DNA of 64,000 nucleotides from the human T2T-CHM13v2.0 reference genome, Homo sapiens. Below are positions 1 through 11,320 of this stretch, in pieces (the stretch's first letter is position 1; each line of letters opens with the position of its first letter). The notes below the pieces were generated by a model, which was given only the letters and a program-made list of their open reading frames with translations, ran no database searches and had not been told where the DNA came from. Location of the stretch: the NCBI RefSeq assembly GCF_009914755.1, contig NC_060926.1, one strand, 5' to 3'. The position numbers were made by a program, and so were the translations under genes.

Positions 1-488
1 CTTACCTCATGCACTTGCCAAGAAAAAAAAAAAAAAGAGTTTTCTTCCCTCTTACCCACTTTTGAGCAGGGAATTGAGATTGGCTAAGCATGAGTCAGGT
101 CCTGACATGTTTTTGCAGAAGAAATAAGGGGAGGTCAGCACATCAAAAAATACAAGCCAGGCAAGTAACTCAGAACCATGGTTGTACCCTATTTCCTGGA
201 TTCTAGTTTCCATAGCCATGATAGGGAAATTGATTCTAATAGCTTGGCAGAGAAATAAACCACTACTCTTGCAGCTATCCAAAGGACTTCAGTTCATAGA
301 GAACATACTTTCATCTCATCACCACTGAAGAACAGCAATAGCCCCTTCTGGTCTGCACATTGTCTTAAAGACAGGATAAGAGCTTACCAAATGGGAAAGG
401 CAGTGAAGGGTATTATTCATAGGGAGTCACGTCCATTAAACACTGGTATTCATCCGGCTAGGAAAACAGTCGCAGGTAAATCCAGTTG

Positions 489-851
489 CAAAGTGGTTTG
501 GATGGGTCCACACCCAAATCTCATCTTGAATTGTAGCTCCCATAATCTCCATGTGTTGTAGGAGGGACCCAGTCGGGGGTAATTGAATCACAGTGGCAGG
601 TTTTTCCATGCTGTTCCCGTGATAGTGAAAAAGTCTCACAAAATCTAATGATTTTATAAAGAGCAGTTCCACTGCACACACCCTCTTGCCTGTCACCATG
701 TAAGATGTGCCTTTGCTGTTCTTTCACTCTCCACCATGATCGTGAGGCCTCCCCAGTCATGTGGAACTGTGAGTTGTTGAACTTCCTTTTCTCTATAAAT
801 TACCCAGTCTCGGGTATGTCTTTATTAGCAGCATGAGAACAGACTAACACA
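489..851 (+). mobile_element. THE1-type MaLR solo LTR (THE1B/C/D)
   Basis: Matches recalled THE1 consensus from tggtttgg..cacccaaatctcatcttgaattgtagctcccataat to tacccagtctcgggtatgtctttattagcagcatgagaacagactaacaca. Confidence 0.9.
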
Positions 852-1299
852 CAAATTTAGCAGAAAATAACATTTATCTCAAGGACATGCTACAACTATA
901 AAGCATCATAATGAAGTCCTCCTTGATTGTGTACTACCTTCTTACTTACTGGCTTGTTCTCCAAAGCCACAGAATATCAGTTTGTTGATTGAAATTATAT
1001 CACCAGTATAAAGCATCCAAATCTTGTTTGGAGGATCTGAGTTATTTTGACACACAGAAGCACTCTCAATTTGCAGCCCAGGCAAAGAGCCTAAAATAAG
1101 AAGTTCCTGCACAAAATATTCCACATCTATATTAACTGTGAAGTTTCCAAGGATACAGGTCCAATTCACTATCCAGATCTGATGTTGAACTCTTTACAAA
1201 TAGTACACATAACTGTGCTCTACTTTAAGCCTAACAAAACACTACTTACTGAAATTGTGTCTAAATTCTACCCTCTGTAAAAATCTTCTAAAAGTTCTG

Positions 1300-1500
1300 T
1301 TTCTTTTATTTTCCTTTTCTTTTTTCTTTTCTTTCCTTTTCTTTATTTTATCTTTTTCTTTCTTGCTTGCTTGCTTCTCTTTTTATTTCTCTTTCTTTCT
1401 CTCTCTTCTTTCTTTCTCTCTCTGCTTCCTTACTGCCTGCCTGCCTGCCTCCGTTTCTTTCCTCCCTCCCTCCCTCCCTTTTTTCTTTCTTCCTTTTTTT
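1300..1500. repeat. CT/T-rich low-complexity simple repeat
   Basis: (TTTC)n, (CTGC)n and (CCCT)n runs. Confidence 0.9.
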
Positions 1501-1569
1501 GAGATTCGCCATAGTTTTTCTAGTATACGGTCTCTCTCATTGCAATAAGACAACAATTTGACATGGTTG

Positions 1570-3410
1570 AATGACGGGCTTATTTGACAAAATTCAATAA
1601 CCTTTCATTATAAAAATATTCAACAAACTAGCAATAGAACTTCCTCAACTTGATAAAAGGAATACCAAAACCCGAGACTCGTATTATATTTAGTGGTGAG
1701 AAAATGAATGTTTTCCCTCAAAGACCAGGACCAAAGCAAACATGTCCACTTTTGCCTTTATTCAACTAATGTTGACTAAAACTGGAGATTCCAGCAGGGG
1801 TAATTGGGGGTGGGGTAAAGAGAGAGAGAGAGACAGAGAGAGAGAAGGAAATAAATGGTATCCAGATTGGAAAGAAAGAAGTAACACTATCACTATTTGC
1901 AGATGGCAAGTACTGGTATATACAAAATCTTAAATAATTTAATAGAAATGTATACTCAGGATGCAGGTTACAAAAGCAACATACAAAAAATCATTTGTAT
2001 TCTATATAAGAGCAATGAACAATCTGAAAATGACATTAAAAAGACAATTTAATTTATAATATAATTTTAAAATATAGAATACTTAGAAATAAGTTTAGCA
2101 AAATAATTTTAAATGTTAAAACATATGCACCCAAACTACAGCACATCATTGAAAGAAGCTAAGGATTTTAAAAAATGGAAAGATAACAATGTTCATGGAA
2201 TGGAAGACCTAATATTATGAAGATGACAATTCTATCCAAATAGACCTACAGATTTAATGTATAGAAATCCCAGCTGGCTTCTTCCCAGAAATTGACAAGC
2301 TGACCTTAAAATGCATATGGAAATACAAGGGACCCAGAAAAGCCAAAAGAATCTTAAATGAAAAAAACAAAGTTAGTGGGCTCACACTTCCTGATTTCAA
2401 CCTCAGTATAAAGTTTATAGTAATAAAGAGAGTTTGAATAAGAATAGACACAGCTACATGTACCAGAAAAGTCCAATGAGAAAAAAAATTATCTCAAATA
2501 TATAGTACTCCCAACAATTGTATAGCCACATGTAAAAGAATGATATTTGATTCCTTCTTCATATCACACACACACTCATACACCCACACATATAACTAAA
2601 AATATACCTTAAACCTAAACATAGATGGTAGATGATGAAACTCTTAGGATAAAAAATAGGAAGAAATCTTCATAACTTTGGGTTAAGCAAAGCCTTCTTA
2701 AACATGACACAAAAAATACAAATGAAAAAAGAAAAACAGATGTTAGATCTCATCAAAATGAAAAACTTGTATGCTTCAAAAGACAAAAAGTCAACTGACA
2801 GAATGGGAGACAATATTTGCAAATCACTTATGTGATAATGGACTTGTATCTTGAATAAATAATGAATGCTTTTTACACTCAACAATAAAACAACAACTAA
2901 TCCAATTAAATAATGGGCAGATAATTTGAATAAATATTTCTCCAAAGAAGATACACAAATGACTGATGAACACATAAAAAATGCTCAACACTATTAGACA
3001 TCAAAGTACTGCAAATCATAATCACACTTGATATTCATTATGACGACTGCAACAGTAAGAAGTTTTCACAAAGATGTGGAAAGATTTGAACCAATATATA
3101 TTGATGGTGGAAATGTAAAATGGAGCAGCCTCTTTGTAAAACAGTCTGTCAGTTTTACAAAATGTTAAACATAGAGTTACCAAGTGACCCAGCTTTTCTA
3201 CTAGTAAATATATACCCAAGAGAAACGAAAACGTACCTCCACACATACACAAATGTTCAACAAATGTTCATAGCAGCTTTATTTGTAATAACCAAAAGAA
3301 GAAACAGCCCAGATGTCAATCAGCTGATAAGTGGATGAATAAAATTTAGTACATCCACGCTTGGAATTATTCAACAATATAAAAACTGAAGCACACATAT
3401 ATGCTAAACT
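1570..3410 (+). mobile_element. Ancient L1M-type LINE-1 fragment (degenerate ORF2 into 3' region)
   Basis: L1 ORF2-like stretches (atttgacaaaattcaa, tttgcagatggca, ctcacacttcctgatttcaa, atgttcatagcagctttatttgtaata) with many stops. Confidence 0.85.
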
Positions 3411-3425
3411 CGACCCCCTCTCTTT

Positions 3426-3490
3426 ACACACACACACACACACACACATAGACGTGTGTGTGTATATATATATGTATACGTATACATACA
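3426..3490. repeat. (CA)n/(TG)n/(TA)n microsatellite
   Basis: Direct reading. Confidence 0.9.
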
Positions 3491-4849
3491 GGACACAATT
3501 ATAGAAAATTATTTTAAAGTATGTGAATATGTAGATATGGTTTAATTGTTATCCAGTAGAAATTTTATAGAAAATTTAAATACCTGGCAATTTCCCTTGA
3601 GACTACCTTATTAGAATGCTTCACAAATGATTAACATGGATTATTTTCCTTTTTCTAACCATTCAATCGATGAATGGGATGCAATAGATTTTAATATGGA
3701 TTGCTTACTGTGAATTAGACTACCACTAATATGATTTAAAAGCTCAGAGTCATTTTTGTTTCTCCCCACATCAGTAAATACATTAATAAAATAAAATTAT
3801 TATCTAAAATAAAATAATAATTTTTTCCACCAGTCTAATTTACTAAAAATTAAACAAATTAAAAATCTACACTGTAATCTGAAAATTAAAACAAGAAGCA
3901 ATTAAACTAGAAATAAAAATTTTCATTATTTTGTGTTAGTGAACGCATAGAAAAACATAAGAGAATCTGCTAAAAAACTACTGAGTTGGGTAAGCTGGCA
4001 GGCAATAAATAAGTAAATTAAAATCAATAGTTGTATATATACAAAAATAACCAGTGAGAATATATAATGGAAAGAGGATGCCAGTCCAAGTGGCTGCTAA
4101 TCCTGCTGGTTCCAGTGAATGAGAACACCTAAAAAACTGTGCAACTGTTGATCACCTGAATTTAGATCTTCTTGTAGCCAAGGCATTGTAATAATGCTAC
4201 TTTTCGTGAACGTGGATCTGTTAAGTTTAGGTTCTCACCCCTCTAACAAGAAGAGATCCAACCCTTTCAAAGGGCTTAAATGGGGAACAATATTATCTTA
4301 CTCTTTCTTTTGTCCTTATTATTGCACTTAGTAAAACACATGATTTTCCCAAATCAAACATGTTTGCAGAGATGCAACTCTATTTTTAACAAAGGCAAGC
4401 TTTTATTGTCATCCCCCAAGCAGTTTTAATTTCCTGAACCAGAGCATCTCAAATATTTCCATGTTGTAAGAGAGTCTTTGCTTTACACTGCATAGCAAAA
4501 CAGGCCTATTTATTTGGTTTTCCCAAAACAACAACAACAACAACAAAACAATTTGCCCTGAAAGAGTATTGAAGCAGATTAAAACAGCTTGAAGTTTTAA
4601 AGTGACAGTGATTTGTTTCTTTGTTTGTTTGTTTGTTTGTTTGACCCAGTGTGGATTTCTTTTGCCGGCTTTAAAAATATTCAACATCAAAGTTTCAGCC
4701 AGGATTTCAGACTCAGCTGAAAATTATATAGACTCAGACATGTCTCAAGAATTGCCTCTATTTCATGTCACTACTACTGGAAGGAAAGTAATACAAGCCA
4801 TGAAAAGATTGAACATATATGTGATATCATTGTGTCAGTCCTTCTGTAG

Positions 4850-4950
4850 TCACCGGAGATAAGCACCGACTTTCTGAAGATTAAACTAACATTGGCATGT
4901 CCGGAGCTGCTAGAGCAGAGCATGAACTCCGCGGTGCCTGAAACCCTCAG
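4850..4950 (+). other. Candidate exon or regulatory element (unassigned)
   Basis: ccttctgtag acceptor-like, ctcag|gtatgc donor-like, locally retained CpGs; no recognised gene. Confidence 0.25.
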
Positions 4951-5109
4951 GTATGCTGTAATTCGCCATCCAAGGAGAGGCTGTGAGACCCTATATGTAC
5001 AGCCACTCCTTGAGAAATATAATTAGAAAATGACTTGGGATCCATCCTTTCCTTAGTGAGAAAGTGAAATAAATCTTCAGCTGAAAGCTATGAACCAGAA
5101 CCCAACCTC

Positions 5110-6130
5110 TAAATTAAGTATTATTTAAGGTTTCCTTTAGGGTCCTCCTCTCTTCCTTTTCCCCTCTCTCTCTTATGTGAAACTTCTATTCCCATGGCAT
5201 TAAATATCATTTACATGTTTTCATTTCTAGTCCATATTTCTAATCTAAATTCCATACGTACGTCCAACCATGAATTAATATATCTTTGGGTATCTCAATA
5301 TCTCAGTATAAAATATGTAAATAGAAAAAGTGTTTCACCCCAATCTTAATTATCCATATAAATTAGTTCTCCTAATGATCTGTGAATTATAGTAGTATTT
5401 ATCCAGTTACTCAGACTGGAAGCCTAAGCAATCGTCTTTCAATCTTCTCTTTTTCTTGCTTTTTGCATATAATCATCAGTAAATGCTTTTAATTTTATGC
5501 CAAAAACGTATGTTGAGTGTTTCCATTTTGTTTTCCCTTTCCACACTGATCACTGCCGTTACCTCTTGTCTAAGCTTCTGTCCCTAACTAGCCTTCCCAA
5601 ATGTCATTCTTGTCAATTCATTCTCCATCCAGCAACTCTAGGTAATAAAAAAGCATGTATCATATCTTTGTCCTGCTTAAAATCCTTCAATGATGTCCCA
5701 TCACATTTAGAATAAAATGTGGTTTACTCCCTGCCTGCTTCTTCCACCTTATCTCGGGTTAGTGTCCCTCCTTTTTTATTATGCCCTGGCCACAGGGTGT
5801 TCTTTTCAGGGCTTCCATCTATAAAAACTCAGGTTTGTTTTTTTTTTTTCTTGACACATGTAATATTCTCTGCCTTTTTCTTCCCCGGGTCTGACGTTCC
5901 TTTGTCCATCCTCTTCACCTACTTCATTTCCTCTGTCCCTTTTTTAATATCCTTCACAATGTACTAAAATTTTATGTGTTGTTTGTGTTGTTTTTGCCTG
6001 TCTCACCCTACTGGAATGAGGACAGGGAACGTGACTGTCTTTTTCTTAGTTGTTCCCCTCAAACTGAGCAAAGTTCCAGGTACAGAGCAAGCAATCAAAA
6101 TTACTTGTGGAATAAATCAATATGTATTTC
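5110..6130 (+). mobile_element. L2 LINE 3' fragment
   Basis: Pyrimidine-rich L2-like tracts (tcctgcttaaaatccttcaatg, cacatttagaataaaat) ending in an L2-type 3' tail. Confidence 0.7.
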
Positions 6131-6193
6131 TGAATCCATTGAGCAATCAAAATCACTTGTGGAATAAATCAATATGTATTTCTGAATCCACTG
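6090..6193 (+). repeat. 52-bp tandem duplication (2 copies)
   Basis: agcaatcaaaat(t/c)acttgtggaataaatcaatatgtatttctgaatcca(t/c)tg twice, 2 mismatches. Confidence 0.95.
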
Positions 6194-6254
6194 AATGCAG
6201 GGTCTGCATATTTATGCTTTAATTCTTAAATGCCCAAGACCTAATATATCAGAG

Positions 6255-6830
<576 letters not shown>

Positions 6831-9007
6831 CATTGCTCTACACAAAGCTACAGCCAATTATGCTTAACAATGTTGAAGCTCTGTTGGATAAATTATCATC
6901 CCCATTTTTCTACAGGTAGAATACTAGAAATAATAGGAATTATGTGAGTGAGTTTCTGAACTGTAAGAGACTACAATCTAGATTTATAAATATAATTCTG
7001 TTTTTATTATAAGAAGTTGTGCTCCAGTTTATTTGTTCCTTATGCCTTGTAATAAGCTCAGTCATTTGAACCACTTACACTGTCTTTAAATTTTAGTATA
7101 ACTTGTAGGATGGCAATGTGAATATTTTCTGATCTTTTAGGTGGAGAAGTGGTGAGACTACTCGAAAATTAAAATGTTAGAAAATATCAAATTTTGATGG
7201 TATAATGTGAAAGACAGAAGGATAGAGAAACAGAGGGAAGAAAGTAAATAAAAGACTAAAAGTGATTTTTTTAAAAAGGTAAAAGTTAATGAAGTAAGAA
7301 AACAGAAAAAGGCTATTCCAGATGGTAGGGATCGTAGAAAGAGTTTGGTTGTTTATCATCAAGTTTTGCAAAGAAAAGGAATAAGTACAGAAAATTCAAA
7401 GAAACATAAGAGATGAATAGAAACATTTAATTTCCAGTAAATAAGCAGTGTGCTTTGACATTGAACTCAATATGAAAAGGTGTTAAGAATTTTATGTAAA
7501 TAAAGCTTATTTACTCTCTCATATTTTAAAAACCATTTGATATAGTCCAAATTACATACACATAATAAATGTTATGTAATAAGTTACCTGTTACATGAAA
7601 ATACTATATATTGCATGTGTACACAATACTACAATCCCAAAATGTATGGAAAGACCATTTGGCTCACCAACTAAAATTATCAATAGGAAAAATAAATGCT
7701 CACCTTATGAAAGATTTCTTATTGAAATGTACTATAAATAAAATTGACCTTAAAATGTTTAAATGGAGTGGAAAGGGTATAAATGTAAACACACTTAGTT
7801 GATGTTTAAGACAAAATAAAAACTTAAATTCCCTGAAAAGATTCTAATTTACAAGCAATAAGGATGATTGTTTCTTAAGTACCTACTATGTGCCCAGCCT
7901 TGTAAAAAGAGACATACAAAAAGAAGAATCCTAGTCTATACTAGAAGAAAAAGTCATTTTTCCATTGACATTAATCAAGTGAAATATTAGGTGGCAGATA
8001 TTTTATGAGGTGTAATAATTCAGGAAAGTGTATGTTATTTTTAAATATGTTCATATCACCACTTTTACTTCAATCACACAGGCATTCTAACCAAATTTTC
8101 TTACTCTCTAATGGTAATCATTTGAGTTTCTTAAATTTATTTTTTGATTTGTATTTCTTACTAGCATTAATTTCTACATTTACCTCTGAACAAATTTTAA
8201 AATCTCCGTTTCCTTCCTTCATCTTCATCCCCATCATTCTTAATGACTTAAATTTGATTTATCAGAACTTGTACTTATTTATCCTCAGTGTGTATCAACT
8301 GCTATGAATTTCTTTACTCAACAAGTCACACGTCACCGATACCTCCTTTGCGTTTAAGCTTGGTATGCATCCTCTCTCATCTCCTACCTTTTTATTTGTC
8401 AGCATTTTCATTATGGTGGAATTTAATCTTTGTTTGAAACTCAGTGATTGAGCGCTTGATCCGTCTTTAATCACACAATTAATTACCATGCTCAGACTAT
8501 GATAGCTGGCCTACCAAACAATGAACAACAAAGTCAACAATTTTAATACTGTCTTACTATTAGTGTCAACTCTTATGCCTTTCTATACATCATAATTCTC
8601 TTGATATTGGGGCATTCTTGAATTTTCTTATTATACTTTTTTTAGGAAGTGGAAGATTACCGGAGGAAGGAGCAGAAGCATGGACTAAGTTCATCTAGCA
8701 CCACTTTTGCTTGGCATTTTGCTCTTTCTGACACACTTCAGTCTTGACTTGGGGATTTATTTGCCATCCAGCAAGTTATCTCTTTTTTTTTCTTTTCTTC
8801 CTATAATTCTCTTTTTCTTACCTTTCATGATTACATATGTTTTTGTTTCTCTCTTTCCCTCTGTCTCTCTCCATATGTAGTCAGCAGACTATTGTCAGGT
8901 ATTGGCTAGAAAAACAGTAAATTATTTTGTCATCTTTGAGTTATCTTAGGCAGGCACATTAAAGGGGTCTAAGGTCATTGTAGTGATGTGGCACTAAATC
9001 CCTGGCA

Positions 9008-9246
9008 TTATATAAATATATATATATTACAATTATATTTATATAATTATGTTATATATAATTATATACAAGGTGATATTTTATATATATAAAATTATAT
9101 ATAATTATATAAATATATATAATTATATACATATAAATATAAATAATTATATAAATATAAATATATATAATTATATACATATAAATATAAATAATTATAT
9201 ACATATAAATATATATATAATTATATACATATAAATATATATATAT
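9008..9246. repeat. AT-rich (TA)n-derived low-complexity minisatellite
   Basis: Repeated ataattatatacatataaat units. Confidence 0.9.
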
Positions 9247-9340
9247 CTCCTCCTACTTCCCATGGTGAGTGCACTCCAAGGCTTTTAGTGAATGTAGGAT
9301 TGTTTGTGACTCCAACTATAAGAATCTTCATGATGACCCC

Positions 9341-10050
9341 TGACAATGATTATCTTCTTGACCCAACTCTAGCCGGTTTCCTTGGAGCCTACTTCTCAAC
9401 TAGGCCTCAGCCTTGTCGTTTAAAAATTAAAGACTCTCAGACAAAGGACTTAATCCACCCTTCTCTGCCCACATTAAAAGACTTAAGCACTAACATAATT
9501 TCTAACAGCACAAAGCCACATCCATATGATGACCCTAGTCCCCTTTAATGTGCCTGCCCCAGAAAAGTCAAGAATGATAAAGTAATTTACTGTTTTTCTA
9601 GCCAATACTTGATAATAGTCCACTGAACATGTTTTTTATAGTATTTATTCAAAAGGCTTTACAATTATGAATTTTTCCTTTGTCCCCTTGAGATGTGTAT
9701 GTATCTCCTACAACTCAGGAAAGCCTTTCTTAAGGACCTGAAAGCCATCCATTAGAAACACAATCATCAGAAAAGATAGGACCTCTGTCTCCCAGTTTCT
9801 GTGGGAGAATAGTATTCTAACTTCGATTATTGAAAGCTAGTAGACACAGCTGGCCTAATTGCCTTTACCCTGACAAATTATTTATATTTTTTTACTTTCC
9901 AGACTTCAGAGAGCTCTCTTGTTCAGGCCCCTACTTCCTCATTCTCCTTTTAAATCACTCAGTCACCTCTGTACAAATCAAAGTTGACTTTAGTTTATGC
10001 TGCACCTTACCCCTATTGCAATGGCATATTATTGATCAAATCTATCCAAA
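9341..10050 (+). mobile_element. ERV1 solo LTR, MER67/MER31-like
   Basis: cttgacccaactctagcc..cttctcaactaggcctc and cactaacataatttctaacagc..gccacatcc..gatgaccctag resemble recalled MER67 consensus. Confidence 0.7.
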
Positions 10051-10633
10051 TTTTTATTCCTAATTCTATATCCTTCTATATCCTAATGCTATATCCTTCT
10101 CTTTAATTCCATCTTTAGAATATGATTTCAGAGATTTAAGGTTTAAGATTGTTTATTAACTTTACTGAGTAAATTTTTTTTCTTCCTAGGAGTACTATTC
10201 ACCCCTCAAAGGAAACCTGTTTATTATGGTTGAATAATCAAGTCACTTAAAGGAAGAGTTGAAGATATTTCCTAAAAAGAATATTCAGGGAAAAATAGAT
10301 TGAATATCTATTCTAAACAAATATTTTTTGTCTGTTGAGAATAAGAGCAGAAAATTGGAGCTGAGTCGTTCAGAAAAATAAAGTTGACTTTTTAATGTTA
10401 TGTGGCAGAAGAGAAGAAAAAGTTATAAGCTGATGGCTGGAGAGAAAAATTTGAGGAGACAAATATTACGATGTAATTGAGCATTTATTGAGTGGTGTTT
10501 AATGAAACTCTCCTCCACTACCTCTCAATAGAATCTCCCATATAACATTGACTTCTTATTTAAGCTTGTTGACTTCCTAGGGATGTGGCTTCAAGGAAAA
10601 TCCAGGAAAGAGCTTAAAGCTGTACATGGAAAA

Positions 10634-11320
10634 TAAAACTGCCTTTGCAAATATTATGACAGTGAGAGAAATCCAACCTAGCTGACTCCATCTTGCTTGT
10701 AACCTCCAAGCTGCCATTGTTCATTCCTGGGCATAGGCCAAGCTATCTATGGGAAGAATTTAGTTTGTAGTTTAACCTTAAAATGAAGATAACAGCCCCT
10801 TCCTGAAACTAACTCCTTCCTTGCTTGGGGCTCAGGAGTTATGTAACAGAGGCCACAAGATTTATGTAACAGAGTTATGTAACAGAGGCCTCCCCAAATG
10901 CTCCTAGAGATAACATCACTACTGCAAAACCTAAGATTGTTATTTGAGGTATTTTTCAAACCTTGCATTCTGATGGACCAGCTGGTGCCACCTGGACTGG
11001 TAACCCATACCAAGAAACAACTAGTCTTGCAATCTCACCCAGAAACTGACTCAGTGTAAAAAGACAGCTTCAACCCTCTATGGTTTCATCCCTGACCCAA
11101 CAATCATCATTCCCCATTCCCTAGTCCCCTGACTGCCAAACTATCTTCAATAAACCCTAACCTCCTAATTTCCAGGGAGGCTGTTTGAGTAATAATAACT
11201 TCTGTCTGACCACTTGGATAACCCTGCAATTATTAAACTCTTTCTCTACTGCAATACCGCTATCTCAGTGAATCGGCTCTATCTGTGCAGTGGGCAAGAA
11301 GAACCTGTCGGGCAATTACA
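10634..11320 (+). mobile_element. ERV1 solo LTR, LTR8/LTR8A/B-like
   Basis: Starts taaaactgcctttgcaaa, contains gactccatcttgct, ends gggcaagaagaacctgtcgggcaattaca. Confidence 0.85.

Noticed and set aside
52-282. 76-aa minus-strand ORF ending at a donor-like site
   Set aside because: No recognisable protein similarity and no convincing acceptor.
1255-1561. Hydrophobic F/L/S-rich ORFs resembling membrane peptides
   Set aside because: Translation of CT-rich simple repeat.
4524-4642. (AAC)n facing (GTTT)n as an apparent hairpin
   Set aside because: Complementary simple repeats of different period; low complexity.
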